Origin: Rhodospirillales bacterium
GTDB taxonomy: Bacteria > Pseudomonadota > Alphaproteobacteria > Rhodospirillales > UBA2165
Assembly: GCA_013204125.1 (NCBI GenBank)
Contig: JABMOP010000605.1
Coordinates: 1-59,179, forward strand
Reading direction: 5' to 3'
Length of the DNA stretch: 59,179 nt
The notes below the pieces were generated by a model. That model ran no database searches, was not told the DNA's origin, and saw only the letters and a program-made list of their open reading frames with translations. Below are positions 17,073-26,038 of the stretch, in pieces. Numbering within the stretch: position 1 is the first letter of the stretch; each line of letters opens with the position of its first letter. Made by a program: the position numbers and the translations under genes.

Positions 17073-18266
17073 TCAGACCAATATATTGCGCGTCGGCGTG
17101 GGGAAGCACCACTTTACATTTGGAAGAATAAGCTGCTTATCGATGCGTTCCTTATGCTCAATCGCGACGTCAATCATGTGCGAGACAACTTCGTCGGTCA
17201 GTAGGTGCGGCTCCAAGCCCAATTCCACAAACTTTGAGTTCTTGGCGTTAAAATAGTGGTCCTCCTGCTCTACGCGCGGATTCTCGATATGCTCCAACTC
17301 AACATCCAATCCTTTCGAGGTGGCAACCTTCTGGACCAGTTCAGCAAGTTCTATGACTGAGAATTGTTCGGTGAATTGGTTAAAAACTCTGAATTCGCCT
17401 GATTCAGCTGGGTTTAAAACGGCCAATTCTACGCAACGCAGCGTATCACGTATGTTCAAAAATCCGCGAGTTTGCCCGCCTTTACCATAGACCGTTAGCG
17501 GCGTTCCGGTTACCGCCTGCACGACAAATCGATTGAGAACGGTGCCAAAAATAGAGTCATAATGAAAGCTGGTTGAAAGATCTCGATCCAGAAGTGTTTC
17601 GTCGGTTTCAATACCGTAAACAACACCTTGATTTAGGTCCGTCACCCTCATCCCCCAAATACGACACCCAAACTCTAAATTGTGTGAGTCGTGAACTTTC
17701 GACAAGTGATAAAAAGAGCCAGGCTTTTTTGGGTAGAGCATTCGATCTTTGCGACCGTTATGCTTAACGTCCAGCCATCCTTCCTCAATATCAATATTGG
17801 GTGTACCGTATTCTCCCATGGTTCCCAACTTAACTATATGAGCGTCAGGGCAGGAATGCCTCAAGGCGAACATAAGGTTCATGGTGCCCAGAACATTGTT
17901 GCGTTGCGTGGCAACGGCTTTTTCCCGATCGTGCATTGAATATGGCGCCGACGGTTGTTCAGCAAAATGAACGATCGCTTCGGGTTGGAATTCTTCCAAC
18001 ATAGAGTATACAAAACGGTGATTTTCGGCGATATCGCCGATGAAAAGATTGATATGTTTATTCGAAATTTCTTCCCATCTGCTTACACGCGATTGCAGGG
18101 TACGGATGGGCATTAAGGGCTCAACACCAATTTCCGCTTCCCAATACCGCTTTGCTAGATTGTCGGCGATTGCGACCTCGTGGCCTTGCGCCGAGAAATA
18201 CATGGCGGTCGGCCAGCCAAGATACCCGTCACCGCCAAGAACTAAAATTCGCATACGCTTCTCCAT
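17073..18266 (-). CDS. sqdB: UDP-sulfoquinovose synthase (SQD1/SqdB family SDR)
   Basis: Full-length by-eye match to SqdB hallmarks: LGGDGYLGWPTA, KLGTMGEYGTPNIDIEEG, PGSFYHLSKVHDSHN, TDLNQGVVYG, YGKGGQTRGFLNIRDT, FRVFNQFTEQFSV. 397 aa. Confidence 0.8.
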   Translation of the reverse strand: MEKRMRILVLGGDGYLGWPTAMYFSAQGHEVAIADNLAKRYWEAEIGVEPLMPIRTLQSRVSRWEEISNKHINLFIGDIAENHRFVYSMLEEFQPEAIVHFAEQPSAPYSMHDREKAVATQRNNVLGTMNLMFALRHSCPDAHIVKLGTMGEYGTPNIDIEEGWLDVKHNGRKDRMLYPKKPGSFYHLSKVHDSHNLEFGCRIWGMRVTDLNQGVVYGIETDETLLDRDLSTSFHYDSIFGTVLNRFVVQAVTGTPLTVYGKGGQTRGFLNIRDTLRCVELAVLNPAESGEFRVFNQFTEQFSVIELAELVQKVATSKGLDVELEHIENPRVEQEDHYFNAKNSKFVELGLEPHLLTDEVVSHMIDVAIEHKERIDKQLILPNVKWCFPTPTRNILV

Positions 18267-18326
18267 AAATAAAAACTGTACCTAGGCACATATATAAGTA
18301 TTAGCGGGAAATCTGATAAATTTGAC

Positions 18327-19547
18327 TTATTCGACAACATGTCTCAACTCCCACTTATTGCCTACCATGTGCCACAGAAGAGGGGAACGAAAACGGTTAA
18401 TCACCTGCCAAAACATGTCTTCGTCAATTTCAATATATTCCAGAAATTCGTTGAAATACTTCCGCGGAAATTCGCCGTCATAGCGGTGAATAAGAGCTAT
18501 TGCCTCTTCCCTAGTAAGATGACGGTTTCTCACTTCCTGAGCAGATTCATAGGTGGCGCGCCCGAGCCCAAATTTGATATAGGTCGTGTAATAATGGAAC
18601 CCATCAGCCTTATCGTCGAGGCTATTATATTTTGAATAAGTACCTTCCGTGCGATCAGGATTTGGTAAAAATCCGCAATTTTCTACAGCGTAATAATATT
18701 TTTCCTGTGGGCGCCACTTCTCGTAAAACCCCATATGATGGACCTCAACATTTTTCTCTTTGATGTCTTCAAGGGCGACCGGCGTATAAGGTTGGAGATC
18801 ACCCTCGTCCAGACCTTGATCCAGCAATTCTTGATATACGTACCCCGAGAGATAAATATTTTTTTGTTCTTCCCGGGGAATTGAATAATATTTTGGATTC
18901 ATTTTTGGCTCGAAGGCTTCGCTAATATTGGTTCCACCTTCGGCTTGACTTTCGCCATACATCACCAGGTTGACGTTATATTTGAGCGCCATTTTGGGGC
19001 CGATTTGCTTTTGCCCTAAAATGAACGGTTGAAAGGGGTGAAGCAAATTGACGAAAGCCATCCGCGTTAGCATTCGATGGACCCGCCGATTGGGGTGAAA
19101 GCTTATATTATCGTATCCACCATCCAACCACGCCTCAAAATTACGCAAGCCAATTTCGGTGTACATGTGGGGCGGCCAAGTTACGGTCAACGGGTTCATG
19201 CCGTACTTGTATTTTAGAACATGGGAGACAAACATACTGTCTTTGCCGCCGCTTCCTGGAACAATGACATCATATGATCCATCCGTACGACGATGACGAT
19301 CCAACAACATCTCGAGTTGTTGCCGACGATCATCCCAATCAATTTCGTTATACTTCAGTTCGTGGTATTGGCAGGCGGAGCAGATGCCGTTTTCGTCGAA
19401 AAAAATGGTTTCTTTCTTGTTTTGGTTCTTAAATTCCACAGTCGATGAAGGCCGTTGGTTGGAAACGACGCAGCGCTTACAAAACTTGATCTCCTGGGGA
19501 AGGCCCTGGTCGTGAAGTGACGTGAGCTCCGAGTTTCCCCCACTCAT
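18327..19547 (-). CDS. N-acetyl sugar amidotransferase (PP-loop, WbuX/PseA-like), copy 1
   Basis: N-terminal Cys pairs CKRCVVSNQRP...CSAC, PP-loop VPGSGGKDS, HPFQPFILGQK. 406 aa. Confidence 0.85.
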   Translation of the reverse strand: MSGGNSELTSLHDQGLPQEIKFCKRCVVSNQRPSSTVEFKNQNKKETIFFDENGICSACQYHELKYNEIDWDDRRQQLEMLLDRHRRTDGSYDVIVPGSGGKDSMFVSHVLKYKYGMNPLTVTWPPHMYTEIGLRNFEAWLDGGYDNISFHPNRRVHRMLTRMAFVNLLHPFQPFILGQKQIGPKMALKYNVNLVMYGESQAEGGTNISEAFEPKMNPKYYSIPREEQKNIYLSGYVYQELLDQGLDEGDLQPYTPVALEDIKEKNVEVHHMGFYEKWRPQEKYYYAVENCGFLPNPDRTEGTYSKYNSLDDKADGFHYYTTYIKFGLGRATYESAQEVRNRHLTREEAIALIHRYDGEFPRKYFNEFLEYIEIDEDMFWQVINRFRSPLLWHMVGNKWELRHVVE

Positions 19548-20043
19548 AAGGAGAGCCCAGTTTCAAATCTTTGCCCCTTATGGGCACTTCGATCAGGCTG
19601 GTACGGGGCATGACCCATACCGGCTTTTTCGACAAACCGGGCGGGCATAGCCCCGCCGTGAGCAGAATGTGACCGGTTGTGGATATAATCATACTTCCGG
19701 GCCGCGAGCCCGAGGCCCTCGCGTGTGCCGAGCGCCCGTTTACAGCCACCACGGCGGCGCATCTGTGAGCCTTCCTCGCAATAGATACGACGTAAATTCT
19801 TCTGCTTCATATTTAGTCTTCCCGGGTCATTAGGATAGGCAGACGGTAATAGCCAAATCGCCGACGCTCCGCAGGCCGCGCCCAAAGGCGCTCACGGATC
19901 GGGGCATCGTCAGCTTTAACGGACTGGTAGCGAACCGAACTCCGATCGGTTCCGGTGGTGTTGTATGCCCGCAGCTCTCTAATCACGCATGTCTTACGCA
20001 AATAAAAAGTGGCCTCGCTGAACCTTGAACGCTTCATAGCCAT
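19544..20043 (-). mobile_element. decayed IS3-family insertion-sequence remnant (internally deleted, frameshifted transposase)
   Basis: Two overlapping short ORFs carry islands of IS3 OrfA/OrfB sequence. These are MKRSRFSEATFY; DDAPIRERL..ERRRFGYYRL; NMKQKNLRRIYCEEG.QMRRRGG.KRALGTR; and a C-terminal YIHNRSHSAHGGAMPARF. About 0.5 kb remains, against about 1.2-1.3 kb for an intact element. Confidence 0.6.
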
Positions 20044-20294
20044 CTCCTTTATAGGTGATGGACTTTACTTTAAAATGGAGGAAGATTCGCAGCTCGCGTA
20101 ACCTGATCGTGAAGGTCTTGGTTTGCACCGGAAACAAAGCTCAAGCGCTACGTAAATTAAACATTTCCCTTGTTTATGGCATGCCGTGAAACGGCTTAGG
20201 ATTTCACCGCATGAATTACCCCACAAGGGGCTAAATGGCAACCGCTTTGGGAGCGACCGCTAGCGGCATAAACATGACTCTATCTGGCGCGTTT

Positions 20295-22460
20295 TCAGTG
20301 CTGCAACCCGGAAATTCGATAATGATGTTCCGATTTTCTGGTCAGTTGCGTTTGGTCGAAAATCGGATGGCGGAACAGCTTTTGAACATGCACTTTTGAC
20401 AGAATACGTCCGATACCAACTATCGAGTCGCCATATATGCCCAAATACCGCTCGACCAGTTCCTTTTGGCTATCTTCGAGGACAAAATGCACTGTTTCGG
20501 GTTTCTCAAATTGGTATGCAGAGAGAGGACCGGGATCCGGATCGTCCTCGTAGGCTTTCACGTTAAAACGCATTTTAGCAATAACGTCTTTATCCCGAAA
20601 CTCGAACAAGTTCGTCATACGGTGCAGATGGTAGGTTTGGGCGTCCTTGGTAAAGGCGACGGCATCTTCAGAATCAACCTTAGACTCGCGAAGGTAATGA
20701 AGGAAGGTGCTCTGCGCCAGTTCCGCCAACTGGGGCCCATGCTGGGTAATGGCTAGAGTCTTGTAAATGAACAACAGGTTATTGCCCAAATCCCCTTTGA
20801 TATAACTGTCAATAACGTCCGGACCGTGGACAAATTTCACCAAGTCTTCGCGTCGCTCCCACAACTCATCCCGCGTGGCCTCGGTAAAGGATTCATAGAA
20901 TGCGCTGAGGTCACCATTGACCAGTGCCTCTGATATCAGTTCCATCCACCTGTATACCGACAGCCCGAGTTGTCGGAGAAGTTTGAGTAGAGTACCGAAG
21001 ATACCGTCATTGTAGAAGATCGTCACTATCAGATGGAATTTCCGGCAATCGACATAATCTTCGAAAGATAGCGTATCCGAGGCCACGCAAATTTCTCCGA
21101 TCTCAGCAGCCACTATGGGTTCGCCGAAAAGCTCAAAATTTCCATAGCAGCGAGGCAGGACACGGTATTTAGACACCATACCAAATTTTTCTTTGCTGAT
21201 CTTGGTATTCATGTCTGTACCGGGCAGCAGCATAAGCTGGAACAGAAGGATGTTAGTAAAGCCCGCATCCATCACCACCTGTACCGTGCGATGATGTGTG
21301 GCTTTTGAATCGCCCGGGAGTCCGAGGATGATTTCGCTGTATGAATTTGCGCCAACTCGGTTGGCGTCCAACGCCAGTTCCATAAGGCCGTCAGCCGAAA
21401 TATTGGTCCGCTTTATATTTTCAAGAACTTGTTTGTCTAGACTTTGTACTGACCCTGAAAGTCGTAGCGCGCCATCAATCAATTGAGAGGCCTCCAGAAC
21501 ACGTTCTTTCTTGTTTTTGCCGGTGGCAACGTTGATATATTCGGGCCATTGATATTTTTTACGTGTGCGGGCGAGTTCTTTGCAGGTATCAATATCCTCC
21601 GGATACATACCGAAGTTCGAATCCGCTATGAACAAATCGTTGCGCCCGCCTTCCTTCCTCCCCTCGGCCATTTTTTTTCCGATATAATCGAGTTCAGAAA
21701 ATATTTTTTCACCGGAATTTTTGTATACTTTGTTGTAATAACCGACACCTTCAACGCAAAAGGTGCAACTGAAAGGGCAGCCGCGGTTTGTTTGAATAAT
21801 CGGCAGCAGTAGGCCATCAAAAAATTCGTCCAGACGACCGCCGGCATAAGGTGAGGGAATCTCCGTCAGATCGCGAATGCGTTCAATGGAATCAGCAAAT
21901 TGAGCTGAACCATCTTTGGAAATAGCCTGAACGGACGGAATGCGCGATCGCTTTACAGCCTCGACGTCTGAGGAATGTTCATCCAGCGATTCCAACAGTC
22001 TCGCGAAGGCTAGCTCACCTTCTTTGATAATATAGAAATCGACCATCGGAATTTTTTGCAGTAATTCCATTTGCTCGTCGACGTCCACTGGATAATTTGG
22101 GCCGCCAAAGACGATGACGGTTTCCGGAGATTTCCGTTTGACCGCTTCAGCAAACGCATAGGACAGTGAAAAATTCCAAATGTAATTACTGAAGCCAATG
22201 ACGTCCGGCGGGCCAGATTCCTCCAACGCTTCAATTAATTTTTCTGGAAACTTAAACAATCGGATTGGTTCGGGCAACTCGATCTGCGTTTCGGTAAATG
22301 TCGCAATGCCGCCGATTGCGTTGGGAATGACATCGGCTGCTATGGTTTGTTGAGTATAGGTCAGATCAGCGATCCATACAGATAGATCGACCTTTCGGCG
22401 CGACGTGGCGCCGGAGTTCTTCCTGTTAATGTCCCGTTCGGAATTATTTTTATGCATCAT
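20295..22460 (-). CDS. B12-binding-domain radical SAM protein (721 aa)
   Basis: B12-binding-like N-terminal region (VIGFSNYIWNFS, VIVFGGPN), radical SAM motif NRGCPFSCTFCVEG, and a long C-terminal extension. Confidence 0.8.
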   Translation of the reverse strand: MMHKNNSERDINRKNSGATSRRKVDLSVWIADLTYTQQTIAADVIPNAIGGIATFTETQIELPEPIRLFKFPEKLIEALEESGPPDVIGFSNYIWNFSLSYAFAEAVKRKSPETVIVFGGPNYPVDVDEQMELLQKIPMVDFYIIKEGELAFARLLESLDEHSSDVEAVKRSRIPSVQAISKDGSAQFADSIERIRDLTEIPSPYAGGRLDEFFDGLLLPIIQTNRGCPFSCTFCVEGVGYYNKVYKNSGEKIFSELDYIGKKMAEGRKEGGRNDLFIADSNFGMYPEDIDTCKELARTRKKYQWPEYINVATGKNKKERVLEASQLIDGALRLSGSVQSLDKQVLENIKRTNISADGLMELALDANRVGANSYSEIILGLPGDSKATHHRTVQVVMDAGFTNILLFQLMLLPGTDMNTKISKEKFGMVSKYRVLPRCYGNFELFGEPIVAAEIGEICVASDTLSFEDYVDCRKFHLIVTIFYNDGIFGTLLKLLRQLGLSVYRWMELISEALVNGDLSAFYESFTEATRDELWERREDLVKFVHGPDVIDSYIKGDLGNNLLFIYKTLAITQHGPQLAELAQSTFLHYLRESKVDSEDAVAFTKDAQTYHLHRMTNLFEFRDKDVIAKMRFNVKAYEDDPDPGPLSAYQFEKPETVHFVLEDSQKELVERYLGIYGDSIVGIGRILSKVHVQKLFRHPIFDQTQLTRKSEHHYRISGLQH

Positions 22461-22499
22461 GGTTCTGGAGTCCTCGATAAACCGGTTCCCATTCGCAAA

Positions 22500-23210
22500 T
22501 CATTCGGGCGCGACACTCGCCGTCCCTGCAGGCTTGCGCCCCCATCCAAGCGCTTGGCGTTCCTTACTCCACCGAATCCACTTATGCCAGCTTTTCTTAG
22601 CCGGAATCAGTCTCGTAATATCGGCCAGGAAAAGGAAAAATCTAGAGTGCCAGACTGATGGCAGCTGAGTGATAACCTCTGTCCGCACGTCGGCAAATCC
22701 ATATATTTCAAGACACATCCCAAGCGACCGAGTTGTGAAGGGAGTAACATGGGTAAAGCCGGCGTAGTAGTCATCCCAGCAATAGATCCAATCGGGTGTG
22801 AAGATAGCAACCTGTCCGCCGGGCTTTAACACCCGCATGATCTCTTTCATGTAATTCTCTATCTGCGGCAAATACAGATGTTCAATTACGGATTTGCTGA
22901 ATACCACGTCGACGGAGTTGTCATCCAAAGGTAACGGGTTTTCGGCAAAGTTGCAGATGTGGGTAACATTCGGCCCCCCTTCGCGATCGATGCCGATTAT
23001 ATCGAACCCTAGTTCTTCAAGCGCTGCCATCTGGTCGCCGCGACCACAACCCAAGTCGAGAACTACCCCTTCCCTGACTTCGAGTTGATCGTAGAAGATA
23101 TGTTTCATCAGAAGGTACGGGTAACGGTTAGTTGGGATTCCCGCCAACACGACATTTCGGTAGGAGTGGTCCGGGCTGATTTTGGTATTCGGGTCCGCTA
23201 CATTGCTCAT
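22500..23210 (-). CDS. class I SAM-dependent methyltransferase
   Basis: VLDLGCGRGDQ, IIGIDRE, VVFSKSVIEHL, VLKPGGQVAIFTPD. Confidence 0.85.
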   Translation of the reverse strand: MSNVADPNTKISPDHSYRNVVLAGIPTNRYPYLLMKHIFYDQLEVREGVVLDLGCGRGDQMAALEELGFDIIGIDREGGPNVTHICNFAENPLPLDDNSVDVVFSKSVIEHLYLPQIENYMKEIMRVLKPGGQVAIFTPDWIYCWDDYYAGFTHVTPFTTRSLGMCLEIYGFADVRTEVITQLPSVWHSRFFLFLADITRLIPAKKSWHKWIRWSKERQALGWGRKPAGTASVAPE

Positions 23211-23935
23211 GATTGCGCTTGGTCCATATGTGGCAGAGATATCAAGCCGCTGGTCAGCATAGCTGCGGCCAGCAGGAGGTCTTCTGGGCCATCAAGATCG
23301 AAGTCGTAAGGGCTGGGAATTTCCGACGCGACCGATGGCTCCGAGAAAAAATCACCGCCGGCTAATAGCGATTGCGGTCGGGCGGCAACGACATTGCCGA
23401 AGACGAAATATTTCGGCTTGCGTTGTTTGTTGTAGGCTACCTTACGTTCCTCTGCGAAGACGAAAGACGCCCGTCCACTTTCTACCTGCCTTTGATTCCA
23501 GGCATGATGATTATGCGGAACAGGCGTCACGGTTTGGGCGGAAACGGCCTCTGTTTCACCTCCTGTAATTGCCAACAGATCCGTTATATGTTCGGGCAGA
23601 AGAAACGGACTGGTCGGCTGAATGAGAAACAACCAATCGGGCGCGATTTCCTGATGCTTCCTCGAACGATCCAAAAACTCTCGACAGACATCGGCGACAG
23701 CAGTGTCGTCGCCGGCGAGTTCATCGGGGCGGCGGTCGATCTCGATACCCAAGCCGGCCACGGTCTCGGCTATTCGGTCATCATCAGTGGAACACAAAAT
23801 GCGCTCAAAACATCCGGCCGACAGCGCTGCCCTGATGCCATATTCAATCAAGGGGTGCCCATTTACTGAGACAAGGTTTTTTTGCGGAATACTCTTCGAT
23901 CCCCCCCGCGCCGGAACCATTGCCCAGGCTTTCAT
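23207..23935 (-). CDS. neuA: acylneuraminate (CMP-nonulosonate) cytidylyltransferase family, copy 1
   Basis: AMVPARGGSKSIPQKNL..NGHPLIEY, LIQPTSPF. 4-nt overlaps on both sides. Confidence 0.8.
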   Translation of the reverse strand: MKAWAMVPARGGSKSIPQKNLVSVNGHPLIEYGIRAALSAGCFERILCSTDDDRIAETVAGLGIEIDRRPDELAGDDTAVADVCREFLDRSRKHQEIAPDWLFLIQPTSPFLLPEHITDLLAITGGETEAVSAQTVTPVPHNHHAWNQRQVESGRASFVFAEERKVAYNKQRKPKYFVFGNVVAARPQSLLAGGDFFSEPSVASEIPSPYDFDLDGPEDLLLAAAMLTSGLISLPHMDQAQS

Positions 23936-24888
23936 AACGCCGGCTCCAGACCAAGGGCGCGCGCCGCCTTCTCAACCACGTACATTTGAGTTTCACTCCA
24001 GGCGTCTATTGTCGATCCACCGATATGTGGCGTTAGGATTAGGTTGTCATGATTCCGAGCGTATTTAACAAGCCGACTCTGAGAAAAATGCGCGGGGAAA
24101 TTTGGGTCGTACTCTCCATCAATGGTGTCTAATGCCGCGCAGTGGAGGTGACCTGATTCCAGCAAATCGAGCAACGCATCCGTATCTAGAAGTTCACCCC
24201 TGGCGGTGTTTATCACCATCGCGCCGGACGGCAACGCCGCCAGAATATCGCTAGAGATCAGATTCTCTGTTTCGGCATTGGCCGGAGCATGGAGACTAAG
24301 AATATCAGCATTGGATGCCAACTGATTTAAGGACGCCAAGCCGCCTTCGATGTAAGGATCGTAATAATCCACAGCCATGCCCATAGCGCGCGCGATATCC
24401 GCAACCTTTCGCCCCAACCGCCCATAACCGACAATGCCGAGGCGCAGTCTGGAAAACATCCGGGGCGCACCCCACGGTCGCCGGTCCCAATTACCCTCAC
24501 ATGTGCTTTTATGCGCTGCCGGAATTTGTCGCCAGGCCGCTAGCATTAATCCGATGGTATGTTCTGCGGTCGGCGTAATTGTATCAAGAAAGTCCTGTTC
24601 ATCATGCAATGCACAGACAGCGATACCTCGGCGTGCAGATTCCTTCATATCAATATGAAACACACCAGTGGTGTTCGAAATCACGGCCCTTAAGTTTGGA
24701 CAACGATCTAATTTTATTTTATCCAAGGCATAACCCAATGGGGCAAACAATACTGATACACTTTCTAGAACCGCATCGGTATCGTTCCGCGGATCATCCA
24801 ATTCAATTAATTCGAACAATTCTCTGGCGCGGCTGAGCGGCGCTCGTTGATAACTCAAAACCCTGTAATAGAGTGCGTTGGGTTTCAA
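23932..24888 (-). CDS. D-isomer-specific 2-hydroxyacid dehydrogenase (phosphoglycerate-dehydrogenase-like)
   Basis: NAD motif LGIVGYGRLGRKVA, INTARGELLD, TPHIGGST. Confidence 0.8.
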   Translation of the reverse strand: MKPNALYYRVLSYQRAPLSRARELFELIELDDPRNDTDAVLESVSVLFAPLGYALDKIKLDRCPNLRAVISNTTGVFHIDMKESARRGIAVCALHDEQDFLDTITPTAEHTIGLMLAAWRQIPAAHKSTCEGNWDRRPWGAPRMFSRLRLGIVGYGRLGRKVADIARAMGMAVDYYDPYIEGGLASLNQLASNADILSLHAPANAETENLISSDILAALPSGAMVINTARGELLDTDALLDLLESGHLHCAALDTIDGEYDPNFPAHFSQSRLVKYARNHDNLILTPHIGGSTIDAWSETQMYVVEKAARALGLEPAL

Positions 24889-26030
24889 TATGTCATCCTC
24901 TTAATCATCAGGCGATCATCGATGGGAATAGTGGAAAGAACGGAAACAATGCGCTCACCTGCCCGGCCGTCACCAAAGGGCTGTTCACAGTTTCTGGCTG
25001 CAGCCTTAATTTCAGGATCGGAGATCGCACCTTCCAAAGCACGTTGAATTGCTCCACGTTCATGATCCACGGTGACCATGTTGCCGGCATGTTGTCTGCC
25101 CTCTTGACGGCGCCCAATATTTACGGCCGGCAATCTGAAATAAGGTGTTTCGATGAGCCCGGCTGAAGAATTGCCAACCAACACTGCAGCGCAATTTAGC
25201 AGCCCCCAAAACAGAAAAGCGTCCAGATTGACCCGAACTCGAAATTGCGGCGGTTGCGCAATTTCATCTATTGCTGTCAGTACACCTTCATACCCTGGAT
25301 CGGAACAAGGATGGACAACAACAGCTTGGTAGTTACTGGCTCGGACCGCCTCTAGGGTCTCGGACATTTGAAAGTAGGCGTCTTGCGGTGCCGTGGTTTC
25401 CGAATGTTGTAGAACAACGATGACCGGTTTTTCCGGATCTAAGCTTAGTTCCTTATATACTTCGTTTGCCGGAGCATATTCACCGGCGACAATCAAGTCG
25501 ACATGATTATCGCCGACCTGATGAATTCGCCACGGCTCCTCTCCCATGCTGCGAATGCGGTCGGCGCTGCTTTCAGTAGACGGAAAATGCAAATTGGCCA
25601 GCTTGGTAACGGCATGGCGTATTTGTTCGTCATGTGACCCCGATAGATCGCCGCCTTGCAGATGGGCGATTGGTATTCCTAAAACGGTTGCCGCCATTGC
25701 TGTCGCCAAGACTTCGCCGCGATCGCCATAGAGGACACAAATATGCGGATCATGCTCCTCCAATACATCGGCCATTTTGGTTGCGCAGAGACCAAGGGCG
25801 CGGGCTCTGCTCACCGCAAGGTCATCCTGTTGCTCCATATCGACAGCTGCGGTAACAACGAATTCTTTCTCGACTTCTTTGATGGTTCTACCAAACTTAG
25901 CGCTGACATGTTGATCGGTAACGACCAATTGTAGATCCAGATTCGGGTCATCGCGAATCAGCCTCAACATCGGCTTCATAGCGCCAAATCCACCTCGTTT
26001 TCCTGTAAGTACAAATATTTTTCGCATCAT
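24885..26030 (-). CDS. NeuC-like UDP-sugar 2-epimerase (hydrolysing), divergent copy
   Basis: IFVLTGKRGGFGAMKPMLRLI, LQLVVTDQHVSAKFGRT, HLQGGDLSGSHDEQIRHAVTKLANLHF. Confidence 0.75.
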   Translation of the reverse strand: MMRKIFVLTGKRGGFGAMKPMLRLIRDDPNLDLQLVVTDQHVSAKFGRTIKEVEKEFVVTAAVDMEQQDDLAVSRARALGLCATKMADVLEEHDPHICVLYGDRGEVLATAMAATVLGIPIAHLQGGDLSGSHDEQIRHAVTKLANLHFPSTESSADRIRSMGEEPWRIHQVGDNHVDLIVAGEYAPANEVYKELSLDPEKPVIVVLQHSETTAPQDAYFQMSETLEAVRASNYQAVVVHPCSDPGYEGVLTAIDEIAQPPQFRVRVNLDAFLFWGLLNCAAVLVGNSSAGLIETPYFRLPAVNIGRRQEGRQHAGNMVTVDHERGAIQRALEGAISDPEIKAAARNCEQPFGDGRAGERIVSVLSTIPIDDRLMIKRMTY

Positions 26031-26038
26031 AGCCCTTA

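Noticed and set aside
17059-17112. N-terminal extensions suggested by the ORF track for neuB copy 1 (to 17112), the AAC(3)-like gene (to 37539), amidotransferase 2 (to 38933), the CapD-like gene (to 45245) and the heparinase-like gene (from 57148).
   Set aside because: Each extension overlaps the upstream gene by 40-77 nt or adds non-conserved residues. Internal ATGs give compact junctions and family-typical N-termini. The true starts remain unverified.
21671-21678. Homopolymer tracts as phase-variation switches: T8 at 21671-21678 and 3805-3812; A8 at 7268-7275, 52676-52683 and 45352-45359.
   Set aside because: All are 8 nt or shorter, are A/T runs that simply encode Lys-Lys (or lie in intergenic DNA), and are not enriched at gene 5' ends. 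They are below the lengths usually associated with slipped-strand switching.
23372-24068. Plus-strand ORFs of 165 and 121 aa opposite the cytidylyltransferase and dehydrogenase genes. The same applies to 41468-41980 (170 aa) opposite neuB/neuC.
   Set aside because: These are shadow ORFs opposite well-supported genes and have no recognisable domains.
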